Below are positions 24,986-37,320 of a DNA stretch of 64,000 bases, in pieces (position 1 is the first letter of the stretch; every line of letters starts with the position of its first letter). Position numbers and translations under genes: made by a program. The notes beneath the pieces are model-generated. The model did no database searches. It saw only the letters and a list, made by a program, of their open reading frames with translations, and was not told the origin of the DNA. Source of the stretch: Okamejei kenojei. Taxonomy: Eukaryota. The stretch covers positions 3,472,001 through 3,536,000 of the forward strand of contig CM069160.1 of the NCBI GenBank assembly GCA_035221665.1. Reading direction: 5' to 3'.

Positions 24986-27900
24986 CATAAACTCGCTGAC
25001 TTGCAGAACAGTTCAGCATAGGAACAGGCCCTTGGCCCATACCTTCTGTTCCCAACGTGATGCCAAGTTAAACTAATCTCCTCTACCAACATATGTTCCA
25101 TATCCCTCCTTTCCCTGCATATCTTTGACTTTCTAGAGACGGGAAATGCGACTATCAAGTCTCCTTCTAAATGTTCTCTGGACTCTTTCCAGCTGGTGTA
25201 TTTAAAAAAAAGTGCATGAAGAATTCAGTGACATCGGATTGAAGTCAACAGTCTGAACTGGCTAATTGTTATGTTCCAGCCTGAAAAGTCGTTGGTTCAT
25301 TCCATCCGACAGATGTTGCCTGACCCACTGTGTTCCTCCAACAGTTTTGCTCAACGTTCCAATATCTACAGTTTCTAGTATCCACAGAGATCTGTCAACT
25401 GTTACCATTAATTTGCCCTATTTTTTTACATGTTGTATTACATTTCTGTTAAATTGTGTTGCAGTCTTGGAGATGTTTTCACTCAGCTGTGAACCTGCGT
25501 TCCTAGTGTACATTTCTACTTTAATCATGCCAAATTATGATAATTGCCACCAAAACACCTCATCACTACCACTAACACCTCATTACTCCCATCTTGCTGC
25601 CAAGCAATTCCGACCATTTTCTATACAGTCGCCTTAATACCATTTCTTCAATTATTTTGAGAACCACTGCACTCTGCTTCAGTGACAGATAATATGAAGT
25701 GCAAATTCACAACTATTTATTGTTCTGGGGTGGGTTATTTTGCACCATATAAACAGGCCAAAATATTTGATATGCAATGATAAATACAAAACAATGGACC
25801 ATTTAAATGTTTACTGTGCTGATGGAGACCATTCATCCTATCAGGCCAATGCCACCCCTCTACTGGAGAAAATCACTTGTTCAATCCCAGCCCTTCGACT
25901 GTACTTTTGCATTTTTCTGCTCACAATACGTTTATCCAATTCTCTCTTGGTAATGACACATAAATAGCATTCGGATCAATGAACGGAGAAAGAAAGTTTC
26001 AGGGGTACAAATGATTATCTTTATTACATCAAATTACACGACAAAGCATTAAAAAAGCAACGAATCTCATAGTGTTGGGCTCAATGTGTTAAATGATAGA
26101 AGCAGTGGCAAATACCATCAAGTCTCATACTTCTGCCCATTGGAGACTCCATTGGAGACTTATTTATGATGGCTGGTATGGAGATCTTGCGGGCCAGCCA
26201 CTGTCTTTCAAAGGTTCTGCATTAAATCAAGCACCGATCTATTCTTGCATGTCTATGAGAAAGAAAGATTTATCTTATCCTTTCGCTACACTGAAAATAT
26301 CCTAGTAGGCTGCTCCATAATTTCCCAGTTATTCTAAACGAGCGCAGGCATTTTCTCAAGCATCTAATTGTTTCCCAAAGCCAGCCTACTTGTTTACCAC
26401 TCGGTGCTGTTAGCAGAACATTTCATCTTAGGTGACAGCCCTGTTTACCTTTTCCAATGCTTTAAAGGCATAATGGACACAACTTCACAACATCTACGTG
26501 CCATACATTTGAAATTCCAAACGCACGTTGCATATAATTCCTTGTCCTCTCTCCCTGTGATATCCAGCCCTCAAACTCTCCCGCAATGTGAACAGCCTCC
26601 CCATCCATTCTTCCCATCAAAGATTGATCTTTTTCCAGTGCTCCCAGAACTTAATTTGTGATTCACCACCCTCTGACTGAAGAGATTACTCCTGATCCCT
26701 TTCTAAAGATACATCATGTTATTCTGAGAAATATACTTGCCAAGACCACAGCATCTGCAATTCTAGTCTCCTGATCTTAGGAGGAATGTTCTTTTTATGG
26801 AGGGAGTGTTGTGAACCTTTATCAGGTTTCCGGGATGGGAGGGCTAATGTATGAAGGGCAATTTGGGCGTTTAGTTTTACATCTATGATTAGGACCATTC
26901 TAAAACTACTACAACATTCTTATGCGTCTGTACAGATTCAAGAGAGTCAAGAGTGTTTTATTGTCATATGTCCCAGATAGTACAGTGAAAATCTTACTCG
27001 CTGCAGCACACGGAATATGTAAGCATAGTACAGAGTAAACAATATGAAAAACGAGAGAAAAAAAAATCAGTGTGCATATATATACACGCATACTCACGGG
27101 TACACACACACACACATATATGTGTATATATGTACGTATACATATATTCAAGAGCGAAATCAGGTCAGTTCAGGACCCAGTAGTCAAAATCTGAAGCTCA
27201 GGCATAAAGTTGAGATGAAGGCGATTCCTTTTCCCACAGAATGATCAACGTGTGGAATGTTATACCACTGGAAGCAGTTGAACACAGATCATTACATTTA
27301 TTCAAGCAGTTATATGTTATTCGTATGGTCAAAGGATCACAGATGATGAGGAGAAATAAAAGGATCAAGGTATAAAATTTGGGTCACAATTTATCACATG
27401 GAATAATAGTTGAGGCTCAAATGCCTGAATTCCTATTAATTTTATATTCTGCATTTCAACAATTTTAGTATTTATCCTGGCCACATTTTCTCTGCATCGA
27501 AGAGCATGATAACTTAAAAGGAAAAGATACCCTGGTGCCTATGCAGTTTTTGCAAATAAGACAAATGTATACATTGGTTTGGTGTTCACAAAGCGAGGAC
27601 AAATCAGAAATAATTGTCTGAACACGCCATCCATTGCTGTTTCAATGTGTTTACTCAAGATGCAAAAAAATAAAATAATACTACTGTGTTCATAAACACT
27701 GCACTGAAAATGTACCAACCTATATTTTTGGATAAAATAAACAAAACATGGTCATCGAATCTCCCTGGGTAAGTCTTCCACCCCCTGCCCTCCACCCCTT
27801 TGATAAGTGGCTGAAGGGTGATATTAAAATACATAAAGGTTTTAAATGAATCACATTGGTGAAAACATTTCCACCATAAAATCCAGCAGGGAATTCTACA

Positions 27901-28667
27901 GATAATTCTCCCTCTTCTCCCCGCCCACCCAATACTGATGAGAATGAGGATCCAGATCAATGAATTGCATTTAGGGGAAGGCTGGGCAAACACAAAAGAG
28001 AAAGGAACAGTCGGTTCTACATTGGAGAATCCAGCATAGACTAGCCAACTATTTTGCAGATTGCATAAAGTGGGAAGAGGCTCATGTGAACTGTATGCAG
28101 CAGTATTGACGGCATAGGCAGAGTGGCCTGTTTCTACACACTTGTTTCCACTACAACCTTGTATTACTTTGACTGCCAATTCATTTTTGATCATTTTGTT
28201 CCCATTCTTTAAAAAATACAAAATCAACTTTGACGTAAGATAACTGTGATTGATGCTTTTGCAAATAAATGGAGGCATTACAGTTTGCTTAACAACAATT
28301 TAATTTTTTGCCTTGCATATTATATCTTTCATATTATATCTTGCATATTCCAGATATCTTGCCTTTACTTTGCAACATGAAGCCACTATAAGACAAGGTG
28401 CAATCCAATGTGTTTACTTCGATTTCATGCCCATCCATTTCCAAAAATCTTCTACTCAATGGTCTATTCATCAAGCACATTGTACAGGCAAATATTATTA
28501 GGTTAAATCTCAAGAGCAGCACTTGTGCCAAATCAGCCACATAAAATGAACTTGATCACTGTGCCACCAATCACTGTGGACAATATTATATTCATAGGGA
28601 TGACACATTATTTGCATTAGATTAGAAATGTACAACGTACAAACAATCAAGACATTTTGACATCATC

Positions 28668-29485
28668 ATAGAAACATAGGAAAATAGGTGCAGGAGGAGG
28701 CCATTCGGCCCTTCGAGCCAGCACCGCCATTCAATGTGATCATGGCTGATCGTCCCCTATCAATAACCCGTGCCTGCCTTCCCCCCATATCCCTTGACTC
28801 CACTAGCCCCTTGAGCTCTGTCTAACTCTCTATTAAATCCATCCAGTAGCTTGGCTTCCACTGCCGTCTGCGGCAGGGAATTCCATAAATTCACAACTCT
28901 CTGGGTGAAAACGTTTTTTCTCACCTCAGTCTTAAATGACCTCCCCTTTATTCTAAGACTGTGGACCCTGGTTCTGGACTCGCCCCACATTGGGAACATT
29001 TTTCCTGCATCTAGCTTGTCCAGTCCTTTTATAATTTTATATGTTTCTGTAAGATCCCCCCACATCCTTCTAAACTCTAGTGAATACAAGCCTAGTCTTT
29101 TCAATCTTTCCTCATACAACAGTCCTGCCAATCCAGGGATCAATCTCGTGAACCTATGCTGCACTGCCTCAATCACAAGGATGTCCTTCCTCAAATTATG
29201 AGACCAAAACTGTTCAATACTCCAGATGTGGTCTCACTAGAGCCCTATACACTGCAGAAGAACCTTTTTACTCCTATACTGAAATCCTCTTGTTATAAAG
29301 GCCAACATTCCATTAGCATTCTTCACTGCCTGCTGTACCTGTAAGCCAACTTTCAATGACCGATGTACAAGGACACCCAGGTCTCGCTGCACCTCCCCCT
29401 TACCTAACCTAATCCCATTGAGATAATAATCTGCCCCCTTGTTTTTGCCGCCAAAGTGGATAAACTCACATTTATCTATATTATA
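28668..29485 (-). mobile_element. 5'-truncated CR1 LINE (young)
   Basis: ORF 28760..29194 (YEERLKRLGLYSLEFRR..FTQRVVNLWNSLP); CATAGAAACATAG tail. Confidence 0.92.
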
Positions 29486-29829
29486 AGCTCACATTTATCT
29501 ATATATAACCAAGCATAATGTAACAACATTTATTGGTGCTGAGTCTCAGACTAAATGCAATGTTAATACAAAATATAGTTTATCTAATAATGACTGTAGC
29601 TAATGGAATCTACAATGAAAAACAGAAGACTGAAAGCATTCAATGGCTCAAGCAAAATTATTGGGACAAATGGTTGATATCACAAATAGGTTAAAGAACC
29701 TGCACCAGGCATGTGAGGGAAGAGGGTGGACAGAGGCTGGTAGATCAAACGTAGAACCAGGTGGGGAGAGGATAATGGGTAAATGGAAACAGGTAGGAGA
29801 GGAGGTAGAAGAGGTGAACAACAGGATAA

Positions 29830-30400
29830 TACATTTTTCAAGTGAGACAGAGGTTCACTTGCACCTCTTTAAAATGTATCTACTGCATTCACTGTTCACA
29901 CTGTGGTCTTCTCTACTTTGGAGAAACAAGCTTAGACGTGAACCATTTTGTAGAGCACGTACCCTTTGAAGTAAAGAGAATCCTGAGATGTTGTATGGTA
30001 TTTTAACACCTCTTCCCACTCTCACACTGACCCATCTGTCATTATCCTTGGGCACTGAAAGTTTTAAGTAAAATACCTGATAATCCACCTGGGTACCTTA
30101 CAAGCCGATGGTATGAATATAAAGTTTTCACATTTCAGCTTATCCATACCACTGGTGTTCATTTGTTCTCCCACAACCACCCCTACACCAAATTTGCTCC
30201 ATCTGCCCATCATCACCTTCCCAGCTGATTCCACCTGCCACTTACCAGCCTCTGCCCCAATCCCCCTCCAAACTGTTAGAATCTGGCCATCCTCTCCTTC
30301 AATTCTAATGCAGTGCCTTGACTTCAAATGTTGGTATATGTCACTTGCCTCCACAGATGCTGTTTGACCAAGTACTTCCACTGGCCTTTCTTTAGTCTAA
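29830..30400 (+). mobile_element. Penelope-like element 3' part (GIY-YIG endonuclease remnant plus terminus)
   Basis: QVRQRFTCTS..IYCIHCSHCGLLYFGET..HFVEH, then LGTLQADGMNIKF. Confidence 0.75.
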
Positions 30401-30541
30401 AATTCTTGTTGGAAATAACCTCAAAGTCTTACTCTATCTATAATTGAAACCCTTTAATTGGTGATCTTAGAGAGCTTTCTAAAATCATGAGGGCGATTAA
30501 TCATGGTCGGGTAATCAAGAACCAGCAAAAACAAGTTTAAG

Positions 30542-31219
30542 CAGTGTTCAATACTAATTATTTAGGTGTCGAAGCTATCAAACTGCGGCTTCATTTCAAA
30601 TTTTGCTGGGTGGGGGTGGTGGGGGGGGGGGGGGGGGGGGTGGGCAAGATAGTCTCCCTAGAGGGTCAAACAAGATTATAGCCTATCACTACATCCCAGT
30701 GTATATCTAGTACATTAAAACATATAATACTTAATTGAATAATGACAAATATTGCACAGTTGCACACACTGATTATCATGAAATATAATTATGAACCAAG
30801 TAACGAAAAAGATGGTTATCAGTTATTTTTACAGAGGTGCCGGCAAGACGCCGACTCGCCCTGACTATCCCGCAGCTCTGGCCCTTCACACACACTCACA
30901 CACACGCACACTCACCCTCACACCCACTCACCCACACACCCACCCACCCACACACCCACCCACCCACCAGAGTTCCAGGCTCAGCACCAGGCCCACAACC
31001 ACAAACGATGCACACATCACATGTTCTGACTCTGCTGCGTCCTAGTGCCCCCCCCTCCTACAGGGAACCTCAGTAGTAATGCGTCTTCCCCTTACCCCTC
31101 TTTTAATCAGGTTACCCCGACCACACATCCGCTAGTTATAATTCGACGCTGTTTATTACTTTCTTTAACAGAGGTGCCAGATCGGTGCCCCGGTGAGCTC
31201 CGGCAGCACTGCACCCCTG
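30542..31219. mobile_element. Non-autonomous hAT-like DNA transposon inserted in an old CR1 3' end
   Basis: CAG...CTG termini, 8-bp TSD AGTTTAAG/GGTTTAAG, repeated ACAGAGGTGCC motif; CR1 sequence resumes at 31220. Confidence 0.55.
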
Positions 31220-32349
31220 GGTTTAAGGTGAGGAGGAAGATTTAGTAGGAACCCGAGAGGCAACCTTTTCTCGTAAGAGGTTACTGGGTGTTTGGAATGA
31301 GCTGCCGGCGAAGGTAGAATAGCAACATTGAACAGACACTTGGACAGGTACATGGATAGAACATGTTGAGAGGAAAGTGGGCCAAACGCTGGCAAATACG
31401 ACTAACCTAATTTTAGCATCTTTTTCAGCTTGGAACATTAGGCTGAAGTACCTGCTTCCATGCTATATGGCTCTATGTCTATTTGAATCATGGCAAATGG
31501 AGTTTAATAATGGAAAATATGTGCTCACACATACTGGTAAGAGCAATTCAAAGGAAGCTATTATCTAAATGGAGCGAGATTGCAAATTAGTGTAGTACAA
31601 GAGATTCAAGTGCTTAAAGTGCAAAAAAAAAGCCAGCAGGTAGATGCAGCACACAACTCACGTGGCATATTGGCATTCAAAGGTAGGTTACTATTGTAAT
31701 TATGGTACATGATATTGGTAAGGACATATCAGGAGCACTGTGCACAGCTTGGTCCTCAGATTTAAGAAAGGATATATTAATATTGGATATCACCCAGAAG
31801 AGATTTCTGGAATAAGCAAGTGTTCCCTAAGCGTGAAAGGCTGAAATCAGTGGTTCTGTGTCCCTCGGAGATGACAAGAAACAGAGTTAACCTTATGAAT
31901 GTACTAAAGAGGCATTATAGGGTGGTGAATTGATGGATAATGCCTGGATATATTATAAACGAACAGGGAATTGTGTCTTATGTGGAATAAGCACAGTAAA
32001 GGGGTTGATGCCTCAGTCATATCAGCTGTTATCAACATTAATTGCTAGATAGCTCTAATGTGTACAAATCCAGGGCAGCCGATTGAGAATTTCTGTCTTA
32101 TTTGATGAACTTAATTTAATTCTTTCCACTTATTTCAGTTCCTGCATTTTAATCACATCCATGAAATCTCCTACTCAGCGATTGGTTAGCAGTGCACGTT
32201 CTGGTTTGATTGAATATTTTGATAATCTGAGGAGGGAAATTAAATATTAGACAACTAAGAAATGGCAGAGAACAGAACTCAGAAAACGCAACTTGTTTAT
32301 TCGCTTTAACTGTTGATCCATCCCACATAACATCTACCTTCCAGATATA

Positions 32350-32850
32350 ATGGTACAGCGCCAGACACCCGGGTTTGATCCTGACTACGGGTGATGTCTG
32401 TACGGAATTTGTACCTTCGCCCTGTGACTGCATAGGTTTTCTCCAGGTGCTCCAGTTTCCTCCCACATTCCAAAGACAGACGTGCAGGTTTGTAGGTTAA
32501 TTGACTTTTGTCCCTAGCTAATGTGGGTGATCGTTGGTTGGTGCGGACTCAGTGGGCCGAAGTGTCTGTTTCAATGCTCTCTCTCTAAACTAATTAAAAA
32601 AAAATAATACTCCTTCAATTAGCTTCGTTCACACAAGTTCTATGTTATCCAACTTTCGCTTCCACACTAGGGTCAAATTACAGAGACCAATTAACCCTGG
32701 CATCATTAGTATGTATGTGGAAACTGGAGTACAGTGGAAACCCATGCGGTCATAGGTAAAACATGCAAACTTCACACAGCCTACAACCGAGGTTAGGATT
32801 GAACTGATCTCTTTGACGCTCTGAGGCAGCAGCTCTATCAGCTGCGCCAC
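32350..32850. mobile_element. Two HE1/V-SINE-like copies tail-to-tail (+ 32350-32595; - 32630-32850)
   Basis: B box GGTTTGATCC in the plus copy; GTGGCGCAGCTGATAGAG A box on the minus strand. Confidence 0.7.
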
Positions 32851-33020
32851 TCTGCCTCAGGTTGCGTCATGTTCAGCACAAACGTTGATGGACGAAGGAC
32901 CTGTTCCTCTATTACAGGGGTATTCCCATGCACCGTAGAATTCAGCGAACTGAGCACCATTGAGTCACTGGAAGTATTCCCTGCCTGACCATCAGATCCC
33001 ACTGAAATGCCTCCAGATCA

Positions 33021-35593
33021 TCTCCACGCTTACAAACACTGTATAAACATGTTTATAATCAACAGCAACTCCCGGAAACTTTAAATGAATCTACAATAAT
33101 AGTTATACCTAAAATTGATAAGGATCTAGAAGACCCGGCCTCATATAGAGCAATAGCTCCATTAAATACTGATCAGAAAATATTAACTAAAATCCTTTCG
33201 AATAGATTGAGCTTAGTAATTAACAAATTAATACACCCTGATCAAACAGGCTTTATTCCAAAACGTCATTCATTTTATAATCTTAGATGATTGTTTAATA
33301 TTATATATTCAAACAGAATTGCTAATGCAGATCTAGCAATTATATCGCTAGATGCTGAAAAAGCCTTTGATCAAGTAGCATGGCCTTATTTATTTTCAGT
33401 CATGGAACATTTTCAATTGGGAGAGAAGTACTGCGCATGGGTTAAATTGTTTTATTCTAACCCAACAGCTAGAATACTAACAAATCAAATCTTATCAACT
33501 AAATTTAATCTTTCCAGTGGTTGTAGACAAGGATGTTCGTTATCTCCATTATTATTCGCTTTAGCAATTGAACCACTTGCAGAAAATGTCAGATCTAATC
33601 CAGAAATACATGGGTACAATACTAAAGATACAATGAATAAAATTTCTCTATATGCAGATGATGTACTAATATATATTACAAAGCCGGAGATTAGTATTCC
33701 AAATTTATTAAATCTAATAACTCAATTCGGCACTTCTCAGGATATAGAATCAATTGGAATAAAAGCGAAATCATGTCAATAACGGATCATAATATACATA
33801 TACTACAACAAACACCTTTTTAAATAGTTGATGACAAATTTAAATATCTAGGTATTTATGTAACTAAGGGGTATAGTTCTTTATTTAAATCAAATTTTCC
33901 ACCTTTAATAAATAAACTGAATAAAAATATTCAATACTGGAAAACACTTCCTATTTCAATGTTCGGTAGAATTAATGCTATAAAAAAGATTTTTCTACCG
34001 CAATTATTGTACCTATTTCAATCAATCCCGATATATATTCCAAAATCTTTTTTTTTAAGTAGACTCTACTGTTACAAGTTTCATCTGGGACTACAAGAAT
34101 CATAGAATAAATAAAAAACATTTATGTAATTCAAAGATTAATGGAGGTTTAGCTCTACCAAACTTTTTGTTTTATTTCTGGGCCGTTTATATTAAAAACA
34201 TGAATTTTTGGCTGGAAGAAATGGATCAACAACCAGAATGGTTAAGGATGGAAAAGGAGGATTGTCTACCTTTTGAAATCTATTCGATTATAGTTGCACC
34301 GACAAAATTGCACAAAAACACTTATGGGAAAACCCTATAATATATAGTGGTATACGAATCTGGAAACACATTAAAAAGGCTCTAAAACTGTAAACAATCC
34401 CTTATTCAAACCTTCCATGCTAGATAAAGGCTTTATACAATGGAAAAACTATGGAATCAAAAGGGTGGAACACCTTTACAAAAAAGGCACTTATCTCTCG
34501 TTTCGGGAACTGCAACAGATTTATGGGTTACACTCAAGTAATTGTTTTCGATACCTACAACTCAGAGATTATGTTAGGTCAAATACACAAGATTATAGGA
34601 ATAGGGAACCAGAAATCTTAGATTAATGTCTGAATTAGCATCCTAACACAGAAAAATTAATAACTTATATTTACAACACCCTTTTAGATAGTGAGGTACC
34701 ATCAACGGAATCATATAGAAATGGGAAAATGAAATAAATCAATCCATAACGAAAGATATATGGGATAAAAGTTCACAATACATACATCTCAATGCTCGCT
34801 AAATTCCAGACATGCTCTAATACAATTTAAAGTTTTACATAGATTACATTATTCCAAAGTTAAATTAAATAGAATCTTCCCACAAATATCGTCTTCCTGC
34901 GATACATGTCAACATCCAGAGGCTAATTTAACACATACTTTTGCAAATTGTATAAAAATTAAGAATTTCTGGACTGAGATTTTTAGAATAACTTCTGAAG
35001 TTATTAATACTAAACTGGATCCGGACCAAAATTTATAATACTTGCAACATCAGAACAAAGTTTAACTCTTACAACAAGTCATAGAAATTTCCTAGATTAC
35101 AGTATAATAATTGGGAAGAAATTAATATAAAAAAATTTGGAAAGGCCCTATACCCCCACAATTAAAATGTGGATTATGGAAATGTCGGAGACCCTACACC
35201 TGGAAAGAATCAGATTTGCCTTAATGGACAAACAAGAAGTTTTTGTTAGAACATGGTCTTCTTTCATTGATTACTTAAAAGGGTAGAATGGTTCTGCAGG
35301 GAACCCTAACTGAAACTTGGATTTAGGAATAGATGAAAAGTTATATCTTGTATTCCTTGATCTTATCTCCTATGATGTATTAATAGTAAATTATTCCTTT
35401 CTTTATGATTTTCTTTTTCGATGTAGATTTTTATTTTATTTTTCTTATTGTTCTGCCTCTATAAAAAAAACTATTAGAGTCAAAATGATACACTTGATAA
35501 TATTAATAATGTATGCTTGTTGAACATGAAATATTGCTATCATAACATATGTTTGATAAATCACTGTCTAAATACTCTAATAAAAATATATAT
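33021..35593 (+). mobile_element. 5'-truncated L1 (LINE-1) retrotransposon, ORF2 RT and C-terminal region, with 20-bp TSD
   Basis: ORF 33291..33782 SLDAEKAFD, GCRQGCSLSPLLFALAIEPL, LYADD; upstream IHPDQTGF; AATAAA/A-rich tail; TSD ACTGAAATGCCTCCAGATCA at 33001-33020 and 35594-35613. Confidence 0.95.
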
Positions 35594-35969
35594 ACTGAAA
35601 TGCCTCCAGATCAGTCGGACAGATACCAGTTAGGCAGCATCTGCCTGCAAATGATTCATGTCCCTCCAACCCCTGCATCTTCGTGCACCCAGGAAGGTGC
35701 ACCCCAGACGCCACCACCCCTGGCAGTGCTTACCAGGCACACACCACATAGTGTGTAAAAAAACTTGCCCTTCTTTAAAAAACTGCAGCTTCTACCCTGT
35801 ACTGAATATAATGCAAGAAGTTAAATGCCATAGTAGGCATTTAGTTAATTGGGATAATTTTAGTCAATTGGGAGGTGCGATTGCAAATCTTCTACAATAT
35901 CATAAACCAAGTTAAAATGTGACAAATTCAAAAAGGCCCAGGCACAAAGAACAGAATAATCATGAACAT

Positions 35970-36172
35970 CAATAACATGTCTGGATAGAGAACTGGCTAG
36001 CAGACAGCAAGCAAAGAGTAGGAGTGAACGGGTCCTTTTCAGGATTGCAGACAGTGACTAGTGTGGTGCCGCAAGTCTCAGTGCTGGGACACCAGCTATT
36101 TACAATATACATTAATGATTTGGACGAGGGAATTAAATGCAACGTCTCGAAGTTTGCGGATGACAGGAAGCT

Positions 36173-36208
<36 letters not shown>

Positions 36209-37121
36209 CGGTGTTTGCTGTGAGGAAGATGCTAGGAGGATGCAGGATGACTTGAATAGACTGGGTGAGTGGGCAAATGCATGGCAGATGCAGTATAATG
36301 TGGATAAATGTGAGGTTATCCACTTTGGTGGCAAAAACAGGAAGGTAGACTATTATATGAATGGTGACCCATTTGGAAAAGGGGAGATGCAGCGAGACCT
36401 GGGTGTCATGGTACACCAGTCATTGAAAGTAGGCATGCAGGTGCAGCAGGCTGTGAAGAAAGCGAATGGTATGTTGGCATTCATAGCAAAAGGATTTGAG
36501 TACAAGTGCAGGGAGGTTCTACTGCAGTTGTACAGGGTCTTGGTGAGGCCACATCTGGAGTATTGCGTACAGTTTTGGTCTCCTAATCTGAGGAAAGACA
36601 TTCTTGCCATAGTGGGAGTACAGAAAAAGTTCACCAGACTGATTCCTGGGATGGCACGACTTCCATATGAAGAAAGACTGGATAGACTTGGCTTGTACTC
36701 CCTGGAATTTAGAAGATTGATGGGTGATCTCATAGAGACTTACAAAATTCTCAAGGGGTTGGACAGGCTAGATGCAGGAAGATTGTTCCCGATGTTGGGG
36801 AAGTCCAGGACAAGGGGTCACAGTTTAAGGATAAGGGGCAAGTCTTTTAGGACCGAGATGAGAAAATCGTTTTTCACACAGAGAGTGGTGAATCTGTGGA
36901 ATTCGCTGCCACAGAAGGTAGTTGAGGCCAGTTCGTTGGCCATATTTAAGAGGGAGTTGTATGTGGCCCTTGTTGCTGAAGGGATCAGGGGGTATGGAGA
37001 GAAGGCAGGTACAGGATACTGAGTTGGATGATCAGCCATGATCATATTGAATGACGGTGCAGGCTCGAAGGGCCGAATGGCCTGCTCCTGCACCTAATTT
37101 CTATGTTTCTATGTTTCTATG
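35970..37121 (+). mobile_element. 5'-truncated young CR1 LINE, open RT C-terminal ORF (332 aa)
   Basis: ORF 36024..37022 VPQ.SVLG, KFADD, RPHLEYCVQFWSP; (TTTCTATG)3 tail. Confidence 0.95.
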
Positions 37122-37320
37122 TCAAGGTACTGAATAAAACAGTTGGGATGTGCTGCTACAGCTGTACAAGATGTTGGTGCGGCCGCATATGGAGTATTGT
37201 GTTACGTTTTGGTCACTCCACTATCGGAAGGATTTCATTAACAGGGCCTGAGTTTCAGGGAGAGGATGGGCACACTTGGACTTTATTCTTTGCAACGCAA
37301 GAGGCTGAGGGGTGATCTTA

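Noticed and set aside
26015-26370. Possible minus-strand terminal exon with AATAAA
   Set aside because: No convincing reading frame or upstream exons.
27655-28278. 207-aa minus-strand ORF
   Set aside because: No recognisable motif or exon structure; probably a chance ORF.
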